A stretch of 63,522 bases of DNA, filler included, from Octopus bimaculoides (GCF_001194135.2; 5 parts of 5 records of this genome joined end to end with filler, not necessarily neighbours in it); one strand, 5' to 3'; shown: positions 12,334 to 23,269, counted from the whole stretch's first letter. Notes: generated by a model from the sequence alone, not told the origin. A program made the numbers and translations.

Positions 12334-12402
12334 CACTCTATATGGTAACCATATCCCACTGGACTCAGTCTTGCTTTTGATCCATCTTGGCTCAATTGAC
12401 AG
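12334..12402 (-). CDS. Candidate internal coding exon (69 nt), upstream partner of 10585-10821
   Basis: Acceptor TATTACAG| and strong donor GTG|GTGAGC. The phase-0 frame LSIEPRWIKSKTESSGIWLPYRV splices in frame to the next exon. Confidence 0.5.
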
Positions 12403-13088
12403 CTGTAATATACTATAGTTAATGGAATGAACCTCATTCTTTGTCTTCCTTGAATACAATTATTTTTGTGTGACATTCTAAAGCTATCTTTATCACTCAT
12501 TCTTTTGCTTCCTTTTATCATTGTAAATATAAATATTAATTTTATTATGATTCCCCTTTCCCTATATATATATATATATATATATATATCTTATACTACA
12601 GTATTGTAGCTAACAACAATATTCCTGACCTGCTATATATTTGGCCACAGAACAGGGCTTGACCAATTATAATAGGTCTAGCTGGTGCTACCCAATACAC
12701 TTCTATCATTATGGAATAATGCTTGAACAATTGTACATGTACTACTATATGTGTGTGAAATTCTGATTGAAGCATCAATTGAATTCTTTACATATATACA
12801 TATAATTGTATGTACATACGTATATATAATCCCAGAAATCATGTATAAAATGAAAAACTTTCTATACAATCATGGTGCCTTCTTTTTTAAGTTTTCTATG
12901 ATTTTTTTTGTCATCAATATCATGTCAGCCTCACCAGCCACATATCTATTGTATTATATTGTAATTTATAGTTTTTGGGATAAATTTTACAGCTTGCATG
13001 AGAGAAAGAGAGAACATGATACCCATCCAAAAATAAAAGTATTTAAAAAAATCAAAAAATAACAAAACTATGGCTGATAGATAACAGT

Positions 13089-13640
13089 TTACTCAAAGTA
13101 GCCACCCTCAGCTTCCAGGTGGCTCCAGAACCAGGTGTATGTGTTCCTCACTGTGGCTCTGGATAGATCTTCGAACACTATCTTGATCTTGGCCACCAAC
13201 TCAGCCTTGTGTTGCAGGAAGAGCAGTTGGTGTCTTTCTCAAGACATTGTAATCTGTGGGATTACAATCAGGGGTTTAGGAGGTCAGAAACTGGGGTTGA
13301 TGAAGTTGTAATTCTCCAAAAGCACAATCTTTCCAGAGATATGGCAAGGAGCCGAATCTTGCTGCTATACATATGGGCTTCTAGTAGCAACCCTCTCTAG
13401 CTGAGAATTGACCACAGTCTCTAGCAGCTTCATGTAACTACCTGAATTGAACCTAAAACCCTATTCAATGTTGAGGATGAACTCTGGTGTGTGGACACAG
13501 TCAGACTGCTTACTGTATCCCTTCCTGCTAGCCATGTCTTTGTAGTGTTTGTTGCATCTGTCCATGTCATCTTACAGCCTTTACTGTGTTCACAAAGCAT
13601 TGAGCAGCAAAATCATCATGATACAGGTAACTTTTCTCCA
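13089..13640 (-). pseudogene. Internally deleted mariner-like (maT/DD37D-like) transposase remnant
   Basis: ..SRKGYSKQSDCVHTPEFIL / FNSGSYMKLLETVV..PYV*QQDSAPCHISGK..PP..PDCNPTDY..EKDTNCSSCNT..ELVAKIKIVFEDLSRATVRN..EAEGGYFE*. Confidence 0.8.
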
Positions 13641-13899
13641 ATATTCAGATGGCTTCCATACCACCATGTCACATAACTCTTTCTTGACTACAACTTTAAT
13701 CTTTCTACTCTGCAACACTGTTGACTGTTCACCAATACAATACAACTGTTCCTGAAGAAAGGAGACAAAGAAAATCATCAAATTTAGCCCAAACGTCCTG
13801 TAGTTGTTCCAATATATAAAGTACAACAAACGTAGGTTTCTGCTTTCTTAAAATCTCTCTCCCTCTCCCCCACTTGGAAGGACTTGTATCAAACTTTGA

Positions 13900-14235
13900 C
13901 ATTGAAAGTTACACAAGCATCTGAACAGGCCTCCATTGCAAAGTGCCAAAGATCCCAACATCGCCATCAAGATACAGGATGAGAAAGTGCTTCAACTTGG
14001 GTTTCAAGGACCCGCAGCTCTTCAATATCCTCCTAAAATGCCTGAGAGGCCTGAATCAGGTGGATGTAGGTGTCTTCAAAACAAATCTGAACCTACCTTG
14101 CAGCAGGAAAAGCAAATGAGGGCAGCATCATCAAACTCCATCATTCACTAAATGCCACATATCAGAGATGGTTTCAAGTGTAGCAAAGTTAAAGTAATGC
14201 CCCAGTATGGCTACAGCTCTTGAGCTGAAACTTGT
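13900..14235 (+). mobile_element. CR1-like LINE extreme 3' end, same family as 5998-6665
   Basis: SRYRMRKCFNLGFKDPQLFNILLKCLRGLNQVDVGVFKTNL..QQEKQMRAASSNSIIH parallels the 5998-6240 ORF. Confidence 0.75.
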
Positions 14236-14317
14236 AATAGATAATGATGATATATGCATGTATACATACATGCATACTTATGTATGTACATACACAGATA
14301 CATATGTATGCATATTT

Positions 14318-17200
14318 CATCATCACTACTTAGCAGCTATTTCCCATGCTGGCATGGTTTGGATGGTTTGACAGATGTCGGCAAATCAGAAGCCAGCACC
14401 AAGCTCTTCAGTCTTCTTTGGCATAATTTCTACAGCTGGACACCCTTCCTAACATCAACGACTTTACAGAATGTAATGGGTGCTTTTTACATGACACCAA
14501 CAGCAGTGAAGTTACCAAATAATTTGCAAGATAAGATCCCCTGAACTGAGAGTGGTGGAGAGTAATATTTCAGGAAAGAAATAGGTATCTTGCAGTAGAG
14601 GAGAGATCAGATAGTGAAGATGTAACAGGGCATACATTCAAGTTACAGGGAGGTGTATATAGTGAAGTGGACCAGGAATTGCAAGAATGGGAGATGGAGG
14701 ATGGGGGAATGTAATGAGTGGATACAGGTAGGGGAGGGAATATTAGGAAGATTTGTTGTGGAAAAGAGATTCAACAGGGACACACTTTGTGCGGGTAGGT
14801 TTGCAAGGGTGAGTGAGAGATAGAGGGAAGGGGTAGTATTGATAAGATGGAATGTGGGAGAGAGGTTTGTCAGGGATAGATTGCAGGATGGTGGTAGACA
14901 TAAACGACATTCCTTTACGGTCTTGATTTTACTTAGCTGGATGGGTCTTCTCAAGCACAGCAAATTGCTAATTGCCTTGGTCCTTTGTTCTCTTTGTGAG
15001 GATCAATATTTGAAGATCATTTCTCATTATTACTCATCATTTCTTGCATCTTCTCCTTCTAGCAATCGGCACTTCTTTATGAAGCTGTCTGCATCTATAT
15101 GCATCACATGACCATAACAACACAATCTTCTCTCTTGCACACTACATATGAGGTTTCTTATCCACAATCTTTCTCTTAAAACATTTAAGGTTTGTCATAA
15201 TGCACACTGACATTACACACCCTGTAGAGCATACCGGCTTCATTTCTTTCAAGCCTTCATATGTCTTCTGCAGTTACAGCCCTCATTTCACTACTACATA
15301 GCATAGCCATTTGTACACAAGCATTGTACAATCTGTTTATCACTGTGAGGAAGAGGCCCTTTGTGACCAACAAAGGTAATAGCTCTCTGAACTTTTCCCA
15401 ACTGATTCTTATTCTGGCAATTACATTTTCATAGCATGCTCCTCTACAGCTAATTTGGTCACCTAAGTAACAGAAGATATCTACCACCTCTAAGGACCCC
15501 ACTGGAAATTTGAGGAAATCTTTTTCCTTTATGTTCTTAGTAGCTGTACATCTACCACACACAAAGACTACTCTCTTTGTTAACCTTCTTGTGATTCCAC
15601 TGCACTTCTTATGTGTCCATAGCTTGCACTAGGTACACTGTATGGAATTTCTACATATCAAGCAGAGGCATTTCCTTCAAGAGATTAGTAATTTGTCTGC
15701 TTTCCTACTAACTAGTACTTTGGTTTTTGCTAAATTAACTCTGAATCAAGGCCTTGCTTTCACATCTGAAATTTCTTCCCTAATTCTACTAGAGATTCAA
15801 CTATAAGAACAAGGTCATCAGCACAGAGGCGCTTCCATGGGCAGCTGGTTTTAAATTCCCCTATTATGGCCTGGAGGACTAAATTTGTTTTTCTTCTCAT
15901 TGCTAGCTTTTTCCTTACTGACAGCATCCCTGAGCATACTTGGACAGCTCTCACCACCTACTTATCTACTAGCTTTCACAACAACCACCAGATGCCAATG
16001 ATTTATTTTTCACTAAATGTTTCTCCTGCAGTTGCTTCTCCCTGCCACAAAACTAAACTGCATCGCTTCTAGGTTAACTTTCTTCCTTGAGTTATGACCC
16101 TGTCTATAACTTACATGATCTGGTCCAGCAATTTGATACCTCTGTAATTACTTCTATCTAAGGTATCTCCTTTACCTTTGTAGCAGCTAACAGTAATGCT
16201 GCCTGGACAATCTAATTCATTATATAAGCATATTTTATGTATCTTGGCATTAATTGCTGATGGGTCAGGAAATTTCTGTTTTCATATCCTAAATTGCTTT
16301 ATTTATCATGCTGCTGACAACTCAGCTGGTCCCTTTGTTGGGTCCACATTGAGTAAACTCTCCTTCTGCCACGCATTCTCCACATTTAGCAGCCTCTCAT
16401 AGTGGCGTTTCCATGACTCTTTCTTGACAGAATCACTAGCTGCAAGGGTACACTATTCCATCCAAACACACTTCTCTCTTACAAGATCACAATTTTCTCT
16501 GACACACTATCTTGCAATCCGGCATGTCTCATACCACAGAACATTGGGAAACTTTTTCCTTTCTGTTTCTCCCTTAGCTAAATATACCTGTTGCCTAGTT
16601 TCAATTCTAGCTTCCTGGTGTAGTTCTCTGCTACCCCAACTCTTCCAGATCAGTTTCTTTACTCTTAAGGTCCTGTCTACTTCACTTTTCAAACCACCAC
16701 ATCTCCCTAGGTCAGGTTGGGATTTTGCACAAGCTATTATTTAGTCTGTGGACCTCAATGAGTTGTCCTTTTGGTCATCCAGCACTCCTAGTTGAGGAGC
16801 ATTGGCAGAAATAATAGTTGCTGTACTATTTTGCAAAACTAGTCTAAATATAAGTATCTTATTGCACTCTCTCTTGTACCTCAATCAGCTTATCCAGCTA
16901 TTTCTCAGCTAAAAGTATGCCCACACTACCTACCCCGTCATATTACCTTTGTAAAAGATTTTGTTATTTGCCTGTGAGGAATCTGGCTGAGGCTCCTCTC
17001 CACCCTCTTAAGTTCAACATGCATCTACACACCTCTCTTCTAGCATCTCAACAATCTCACTACAGATGCCTGGCATTGACTATATCAATTCTAAAGACGT
17101 GGAAGGCACGACAAGAGTGAACAGGGAGATAGGGCAGCATTTAGCACCTGAATAGAAAGTTTGCACAGACGTTTGCCAGTAGGCATATCATATCAGTTTG
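14318..17200 (-). mobile_element. RTE-clade LINE, near end-to-end but internally deleted and degenerate
   Basis: Endonuclease-like SEIVEMLE and LVLQNSTATIISANAPQ (about 16750-17080); RT motif LCADDLVLI (about 15810); LEVVDIFCYLGDQI..ARIRISWEKFRELLPLL (15257-15562); purine-rich 3' UTR; GATGCCCTTCC-like tail ending in CAT repeats at 14318. Confidence 0.9.
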
Positions 17201-17814
17201 TATCTGCATTTAATTTACCATCATTCATTTGTTTCACACTTCCTGCATCTACCAGAAAAAAGTTAGTGTACAACCATTCTTTATACAAAGGTAAATAATA
17301 ACTGTTAATTAACTTGCATTTCCGATACAAAAGGCATTAACAATGTCTTTTATACGATAATTCTATCATCGATAGGGTGCTAAGGACCTGTAGGGATACC
17401 ATATTTCGTTATGCAACCATAATATACTACAAAGTAAATTAAACGTTTTTATAAGTCAATACTCTGTTAGCAGTGCTATTTCATCACTTGTTAAGGTTAT
17501 ATCTACAGATTTTCTATAGAAATTATAGCCATCACTAATTTTGTTATGTTTCGTATCAGAGACGTCTGATGTAAGCAACAGCACTGAGATCGAAGATGAA
17601 AAGTGAGTAATGGGAGTACATGACATATATGCCTAAACAACAACAACAATGAGATTGAAGATGAAAAATGGGTAATGGGCGTATATGTCATTAACAAGTG
17701 ATTGGGTGCTGATATATGCTAGGAGAGTGGGGAGACAGAAGTTTCTGGTATGGAAGAAAGATTTTTAGTATAGGCGGTGGGGCTGGAAATGGGTTGGCAC
17801 ATCATGAACAATCC

Positions 17815-18378
17815 ACATAACTTTCATGATATGAAAACATGAATTTATGAGAAAGACAAAATGTACAGATTTTCAACAAGTCAAAAACTTTCATTGGATG
17901 AAATATACAAATTATTATGAAAAAGACGATGTATACATATTTTCAGGACAAAGACAATATTGATGAAAGTGGGGAAACAAAGCATGCTGGCTTACTAATG
18001 AAGCAGCTTACTAGAATTAATCTGAATCACATTAAAGACAATGTAATAAGGTAGCTTTAACATCATAGGGATCTTGTTGAATAAAATGACACAAAATTAA
18101 AAAATTACGAAAACAAATTTGAGCTTATCTGGACATGACTTTTCATTCAACACAGAAATATGATAATAGCCAGGAGGTTGATATGTGAGAAACAAAGCAA
18201 AGAATGTAAGATATCTGTATGAGGACGAACAGAAGTTAAAGGCCAACATTTCAAGCAAACAAGCAGCATAACTTTCATGCGATGAAAATATATGAAGTTA
18301 TGAGAAAGACAGGATATACAAATTTTCAACAAGCCAAAAACTTTCATTGGATAAAAGCTACAAATTATCATGGAACAG
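17815..18378 (+). repeat. ~110-bp direct repeat pair, period ~450 bp
   Basis: CATAACTTTCATG..ATGAGAAAGACA..TTTTCAACAAG.CAAAAACTTTCATTGGAT.AAA..TACAAATTAT at about 17815-17925 and 18266-18378. Confidence 0.85.
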
Positions 18379-18409
18379 ACAAAGGATCTTTCTGATTTGG
18401 CAGACACCA

Positions 18410-18913
18410 TTTTTTATTTAGTGTATTTTCTACCAAAACACTTTAAAACTTTGTATACTTGTATATTTTGTCTTATAGAACAGAGAAAAATGTTTATATT
18501 TGAAGTTATTTCATGTTAAAAGTTGTCGTATTTCGGTAATTTCAACCAATCACTGACGTCTATTGAGGTGAAAACAATCACTGCTGTGACTTGTCAACAA
18601 GACGTGGTGGTGTAATGGGATCTTTTCCCTTGAATAAAATTAGTGCCGTTGTTTGTCAACAACTATCGGTGGTACTGTTATTTATGACATCGTTCGTGCG
18701 TTTGTACTGGTTTTAGCTTTAGGGTTTTAGGGTTAGGGTTCGGGTGTTAGAGTTAGGGTTAGGGTTTTAGCTTTAGGGTTTTAGGGTTCGGGTTGGGGTT
18801 AGGGTTATGAGTATTTTTGCCAAATTTGGTGAAAAATTTGTGGCGGTGTATTGAACAGATTTTCACCAAATTTGGCAAAAATACTCATAACCCGAACCTT
18901 AAAACCCCAACCC
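18410..18913. repeat. Unclassified interspersed element with a degenerate telomere-like (TTAGGG/TTTAGGG/TTCGGG) tract and a terminal fold-back
   Basis: GGTTTTAGCTTTAGGGTTTTAGGGTTAGGG... at about 18709-18806; perfect 34-bp inverted repeat 18802-18835 / 18860-18893. Confidence 0.7.
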
Positions 18914-18920
18914 AAATATT

Positions 18921-19180
18921 TAAGAAAAAGTGGAAGTGGATTGGTAGCACAATTAGAAAGGATACACCAAATGTAGCGAAAAGTGCTTTATAGTAGAATC
19001 CGGATGGATATAGAAAGAGGGGTAGGCCTAAGAACTCGTGGCATAGATCAACACAAAAGGAATTAAAGAAAGGGGGACATTCATGGCAGAGTATAAGTAC
19101 AGAAGAGAAAAATTATGCAACATGGAATTCAATTATAAGTGGCCTATACACCGTATTGGAGGGTTAAAGGCAAGAAAGAA
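18921..19180 (+). mobile_element. RTE/BovB-like LINE ORF C-terminus fragment
   Basis: KKKWKWIGSTIRKDTPNVAKSAL**NPDGYRKRGRPKNSWHRS matches the WRWIGH..RGRP..W motif at the end of RTE ORFs. Confidence 0.75.
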
Positions 19181-19563
19181 AGAAGACGCTGTCACATTCT
19201 CTCTCCCTCACGCACACACACCTTTCTCACTCCCCCTCTCTTTCTCTCTCTCAGAAACACACACAACACACACTTTAAATTTATTATTCAATTTTCAATA
19301 AGGTAAAATCTTAAATTATTAATTGACACATTATTAATTAGCATAATAGAACCTGGAAGAAACATGGATTACATGGAAAAATGTGAGCATGAGGAATAAT
19401 TTTCTTAAGATTATAAACCTGAAAAAGTACAGGTAGTAACTTGTCCTGTGCTTTTCTAGGTTTATAATCTTAAGAATATCGTTTCTCTTGCTCGCATTTT
19501 TCCATGCAATATATATAAATATATATATATATGCATACATACATGCATGCATGCATACATGCA

Positions 19564-19599
<36 letters not shown>

Positions 19600-19784
19600 T
19601 ATATATAGAAATATAATATATATTACATATATAAAGATAAACTTGGAAATGGATGCGTGGCGTGCAATCAAATATATATATACATGTCTATATATATATA
19701 TATATATATTTGTATGTGTAACGTAATAGTTTAGAAAAAAACCCATTGGTTTCATATCTAGTGTGAACTAGACATCTCTTCAGT

Positions 19785-20141
19785 TTCTCTAAACGATAAC
19801 CGTTCTCTGCAAAGAATGTTTTTTCAAACACAAGAACGCCTGTGATAGTTCAAGAAATATTCTTCTTAAAAATTTATGGCCAGGCGAGTAGTCTTCCTTC
19901 ACTTGATATCTAGGTTATCCAATTTTGAAAAATTTCCGAAAATGTGGACAACTCCCCACGCCTTCCATTCTGGAGTTCAGGTAGCCTCCTGGCTCATGTG
20001 AGTTCATGTGGATTATATATCTTTCTGCTGAAAGAAGACAACTCACCTGGTCATAATTTTTTAAGAAGAATATTTCTTGAACTATCATTATCTTGCGTTT
20101 GAAAAAACATTCTTTGCAGAGAACGGCTATCGTTTAGAGAA
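19785..20141. mobile_element. MITE-like element with ~117-bp terminal inverted repeats
   Basis: 19785-19901 is the reverse complement of 20029-20141 (e.g. CTGCAAAGAATGTTTTTTCAAA and GATAGTTCAAGAAATATTCTTCTTAAAAA); spacer about 127 bp. Confidence 0.75.
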
Positions 20142-20186
20142 TTTAGGAGGGCGAGAAAAAATGTAAGAGACACAGCGAAGTGAAAG

Positions 20187-20217
<31 letters not shown>

Positions 20218-20220
20218 CAA

Positions 20221-20419
20221 TTAAGAGTATGAAGACAGGGAAAGCCCCCTGCCCATCAGGAATCACTGCAGAGATGCTCAAAATATCTGGCAGTGTTGGC
20301 TATAGCCTAGTCACCCGTATTACGAACCAGGTGATACACAAAGGAGTCATACCCAATGTAGCAGCACCATAGTCAACTGCTACAAAGGTAAAGGTGACGC
20401 TTTAGATACAAATAATTAC
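20221..20419 (+). mobile_element. RTE LINE reverse-transcriptase fragment, cut by the scaffold end
   Basis: KSMKTGKAPCPSGITAEMLKISG..VIPN..STIVNCYKGKGDALDTNNY. Confidence 0.85.
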
Positions 20420-20519
20420 NNNNNNNNNNNNNNNNNNNNNNNNNNNNNNNNNNNNNNNNNNNNTTAATTAATTAANNNNNNNNNNNNNNNNNNNNNNNNN
20501 NNNNNNNNNNNNNNNNNNN
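20420..20519. other. Artificial scaffold linker N44-TTAATTAATTAA-N44
   Basis: Exactly 44+12+44 nt; the 12-mer puts stops in all six frames; four identical occurrences. Confidence 0.97.
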
Positions 20520-20757
20520 CTGGGGGTCGATTCGTTCGACTAAAGGCGGTGCTCCAGCATGACCGCAGTAAATGACTGAAACAAATAAAAGAATATATAT
20601 ATATATATGACGGGCTTCTTTCAGTTTCTACAAAATTCACTCACAAGGCTTCGGTCCGCCCGAGGCAATAGTAGAAGACACTTGCCTAAGGTGCCACGCA
20701 GTGAGACCGAACTCGGAACCATGTGGTTGGGCAGCAAACTTCTTACCATATAGCCAC
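20520..20757. mobile_element. SINE family B fragments (3' tail on +, 20520-20590; 5' half on -, 20608-20757)
   Basis: CGACTAAAGGCGGTGCTCCAGCATG tail; reverse-complement head with GACACTTGCCTAAGGTGCCACGCAG. Confidence 0.85.
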
Positions 20758-21451
20758 TGTTGTTTTCAAATAACCTTGAATTTTCTCCATAGCTCTGAAA
20801 ATTCGATGATTTTCTTCTTTATCTTTAAAATGACATTGTAGGATAGGTGTGAGAGGCTAGATCTGGTTGGTCTGAACATGAAGGAGGTTAAGAATTTGGA
20901 CTGTCTATGACAGGTTCAAATACTAAAGCGCTAATTGTATGCCATCTCAAGCAGGGTTGTCCTGGAGTAAAACAACGAAGCAATAAGAGTTATTAGAGAT
21001 ATTTGGACTCAGTCAGACAATGGATCGATTTTACTCTTGAAAGACTGTGCTCATGCGCTGACCAGTGTTCACTAGGTTTTTCAATTACGTAGTATGCGAA
21101 AACGTACTACGTAATATTGCTTTTTGATTCTCCGGGGTGCAAATTGTTGTAACAAATTGACAGAAATTTTCTAACAACACCTACGTTGTCAGTAAACTTA
21201 ATGTGTTAAGTTTTCCTAGAAGCAGAAATTCTGTAAGAAGCTTAAAATTTACAACTACCCACTTACACCCAGACAAGAAGGAACATGATTATATCATTAA
21301 TATTAAATTCAATTAATACAATTGAGGGCGTTTAGTAGCTAATACACTCGACGCATATGTGACGTATTTATGAAGCAATATACATGGCACATATGTAACG
21401 GAAACGCACAAAATATGTGTCGAAAGTCAATGAATAAATAATCCTATCTAT

Positions 21452-21871
21452 TATAGGCACAGGGCCTGACATTTTTGGCAGGAGGTGGGGCAGTCGATTA
21501 GATTGACTCCAGTACGCAACTGGTACTTAATTTATCGACCCCGAAAGGATGAAAAGAAAAGAAAAGCCGACATCGGCGGAATTTGAACTCGGAACGTAGT
21601 GACGTGCGAAATATCGCTAAGCATTTCACCCGGCGTGATAACGATTCTGCCAGCTCGCCACATTCAAATCAATGCACAAATAATAAAAATGGTGACGCAA
21701 GGCTAGTAAGTTTAGGAAAGGTGGATGGTCAATCACACCCAGTGCATAACTGGTACTTATTTTATCGATCCCAAAAGGACGAAAGGTAAATTCATCAGCG
21801 AAATTTGAACTCAGGGCGTGAAGAGCCAGAAGAAACACCGCTGAGCATTTTGTCCGACACACTAATGATTC
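21452..21871 (-). mobile_element. Two SINE family A copies in tandem (21452-21661, 21697-21871)
   Basis: ACTGGTACTTA.TTTATCGA.CCC.AAAGGA.GAAA..AATTTGAACTC..GCTAAGCATTT..AACGATTCTGCCAGCTCGCC. Confidence 0.9.
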
Positions 21872-21907
21872 ATTATCCATTATTATTATTATTATTCATT
21901 AAGACTA

Positions 21908-22908
21908 AGGCGGCGAGCTGGCGGAATCGTTAGCGCGCCAGGTGAAATGCTTAGCGGTATTTCGTCTGCTGTTACGTTCTGAGTTCAAATTCCACGAAGG
22001 TTGACTTTACCTTTCGGGCTCGATAAATTAAGTACCAGTTACGCACTGGAGTCGATGTAATCGACTTACCCCTTTGTCTGTCCTTGTTTGTCCCCTCTAT
22101 GTTTTTAGCCTCTGGTGGGCATTAAAGAAATAAGAATCGTTAGCGCGCTGGACGAAATGCTTAGCGGTATTTCGCCCGTCGCTACGTTCTGAGTTCAAAT
22201 ATCGCCGAGATCGGCTTTGCCTTTCATCCTTTCGGGGTTGATTAAATAAGTAGCNNNNNNNNNNNNNNNNNNNNNNNNNNNNNNNNNNNNNNNNNNNNNN
22301 NNNNNNNNNNNNNNNNNNNNNNNNNNNNNNNNNNNNNNNNNNNNNNNNNNNNNNNNNNNNNNNNNNNNNNNNNNNNNNNNNNNNNNNNNNNNNNNNNNNN
22401 NNNNNNNNNNNNNNNNNNNNNNNNNNNNNNNNNNNNNNNNNNNNNNNNNNNNNNNNNNNNNNNNNNNNNNNNNNNNNNNNNNNNNNNNNNNNNNNNNNNN
22501 NNNNNNNNNNNNNNNNNNNNNNNNNNNNNNNNNNNNNNNNNNNNNNNNNNNNNNNNNNNNNNNNNNNNNNNNNNNNNNNNNNNNNNNNNNNNNNNNNNNN
22601 NNNNNNNNNNNNNNNNNNNNNNNNNNNNNNNNNNNNNNNNNNNNNNNNNNNNNNNNNNNNNNNNNNNNNNNNNNNNNNNNNNNNNNNNNNNNNNNNNNNN
22701 NNNNNNNNNNNNNNNNNNNNNNNNNNNNNNNNNNNNNNNNNNNNNNNNNNNNNNNNNNNNNNNTTTACGTTCTGAATTCAAATTCCGTTGAGGTCGACTT
22801 TCATCCTTCCGGGGTCGATAAATTAAGTACCAGTTGCGTACTGGAGTCGATCTAATCGACTGCCCCCCCCCCAAATTTCGGGCCTTGTGCCTAGAGTAGA
22901 AAAGAATA
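21908..22908 (+). repeat. SINE-A-derived tandem array with a 65-nt spacer (interrupted by an N-gap)
   Basis: Full head at 21908, spacer 22068-22133, second unit from GAATCGTTAGC at 22134, and a terminal unit with the normal 3' tail at 22765-22908. Confidence 0.8.
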
Positions 22909-22912
22909 ATCC

Positions 22913-23124
22913 TTTCTGCTATAGGCACAAGGCCTGAAATTTTAGAGTAAGGGACTAGTCGATTACATAGGGCCCCATTGCTCGCCTGGTACTTATTTTA
23001 TCGACCCCGAAAGGATGAAAAGTAAAGTCAACTTCGGTGGAACTTGATCTCAGAACATAAAGATGGACGAAATGCCACTAAGTATTTTGTCCTGTGTGCT
23101 AACGATTCCATCATCTCACCGCCC
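22913..23124 (-). mobile_element. SINE family A, full length, tail-to-tail with the previous copy
   Basis: TATAGGCACAAGGCCTGAAATTTT..ATCGACCCCGAAAGGATG..GCTAACGATTC..CACCGCC. Confidence 0.9.
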
Positions 23125-23269
23125 TTTAATGAACAGTAATGATAAAACGCGTTATACGCAATACAACATATTTTAGTATATTCTCCAGATTTCCATTGGA
23201 TGGCTATTTTCTCTGATTCAACCAAACATCCCAGCCTATTATTATCGCATCTAATATAAACAATTATAA

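Noticed and set aside
12620-12762. Third upstream exon of the candidate minus-strand gene (FHTHIVVHVQLFKHYSIMIEVYWVAPARPIIIGQALFCGQIYS)
   Set aside because: Its best donor (AG|GTCAGG) is phase 2. That would force the alternative frame of the 69-nt exon and a stop in the next exon. The only phase-0 donor is weak (GTAGCA). Left unresolved.
18709-18806. True chromosome end or telomere
   Set aside because: Short, degenerate and flanked on both sides by ordinary interspersed repeats.
20464-20475. TTAATTAATTAA palindrome as a homeodomain site or piggyBac TTAA target
   Set aside because: Always centred between exactly 44 Ns on each side; a synthetic linker.
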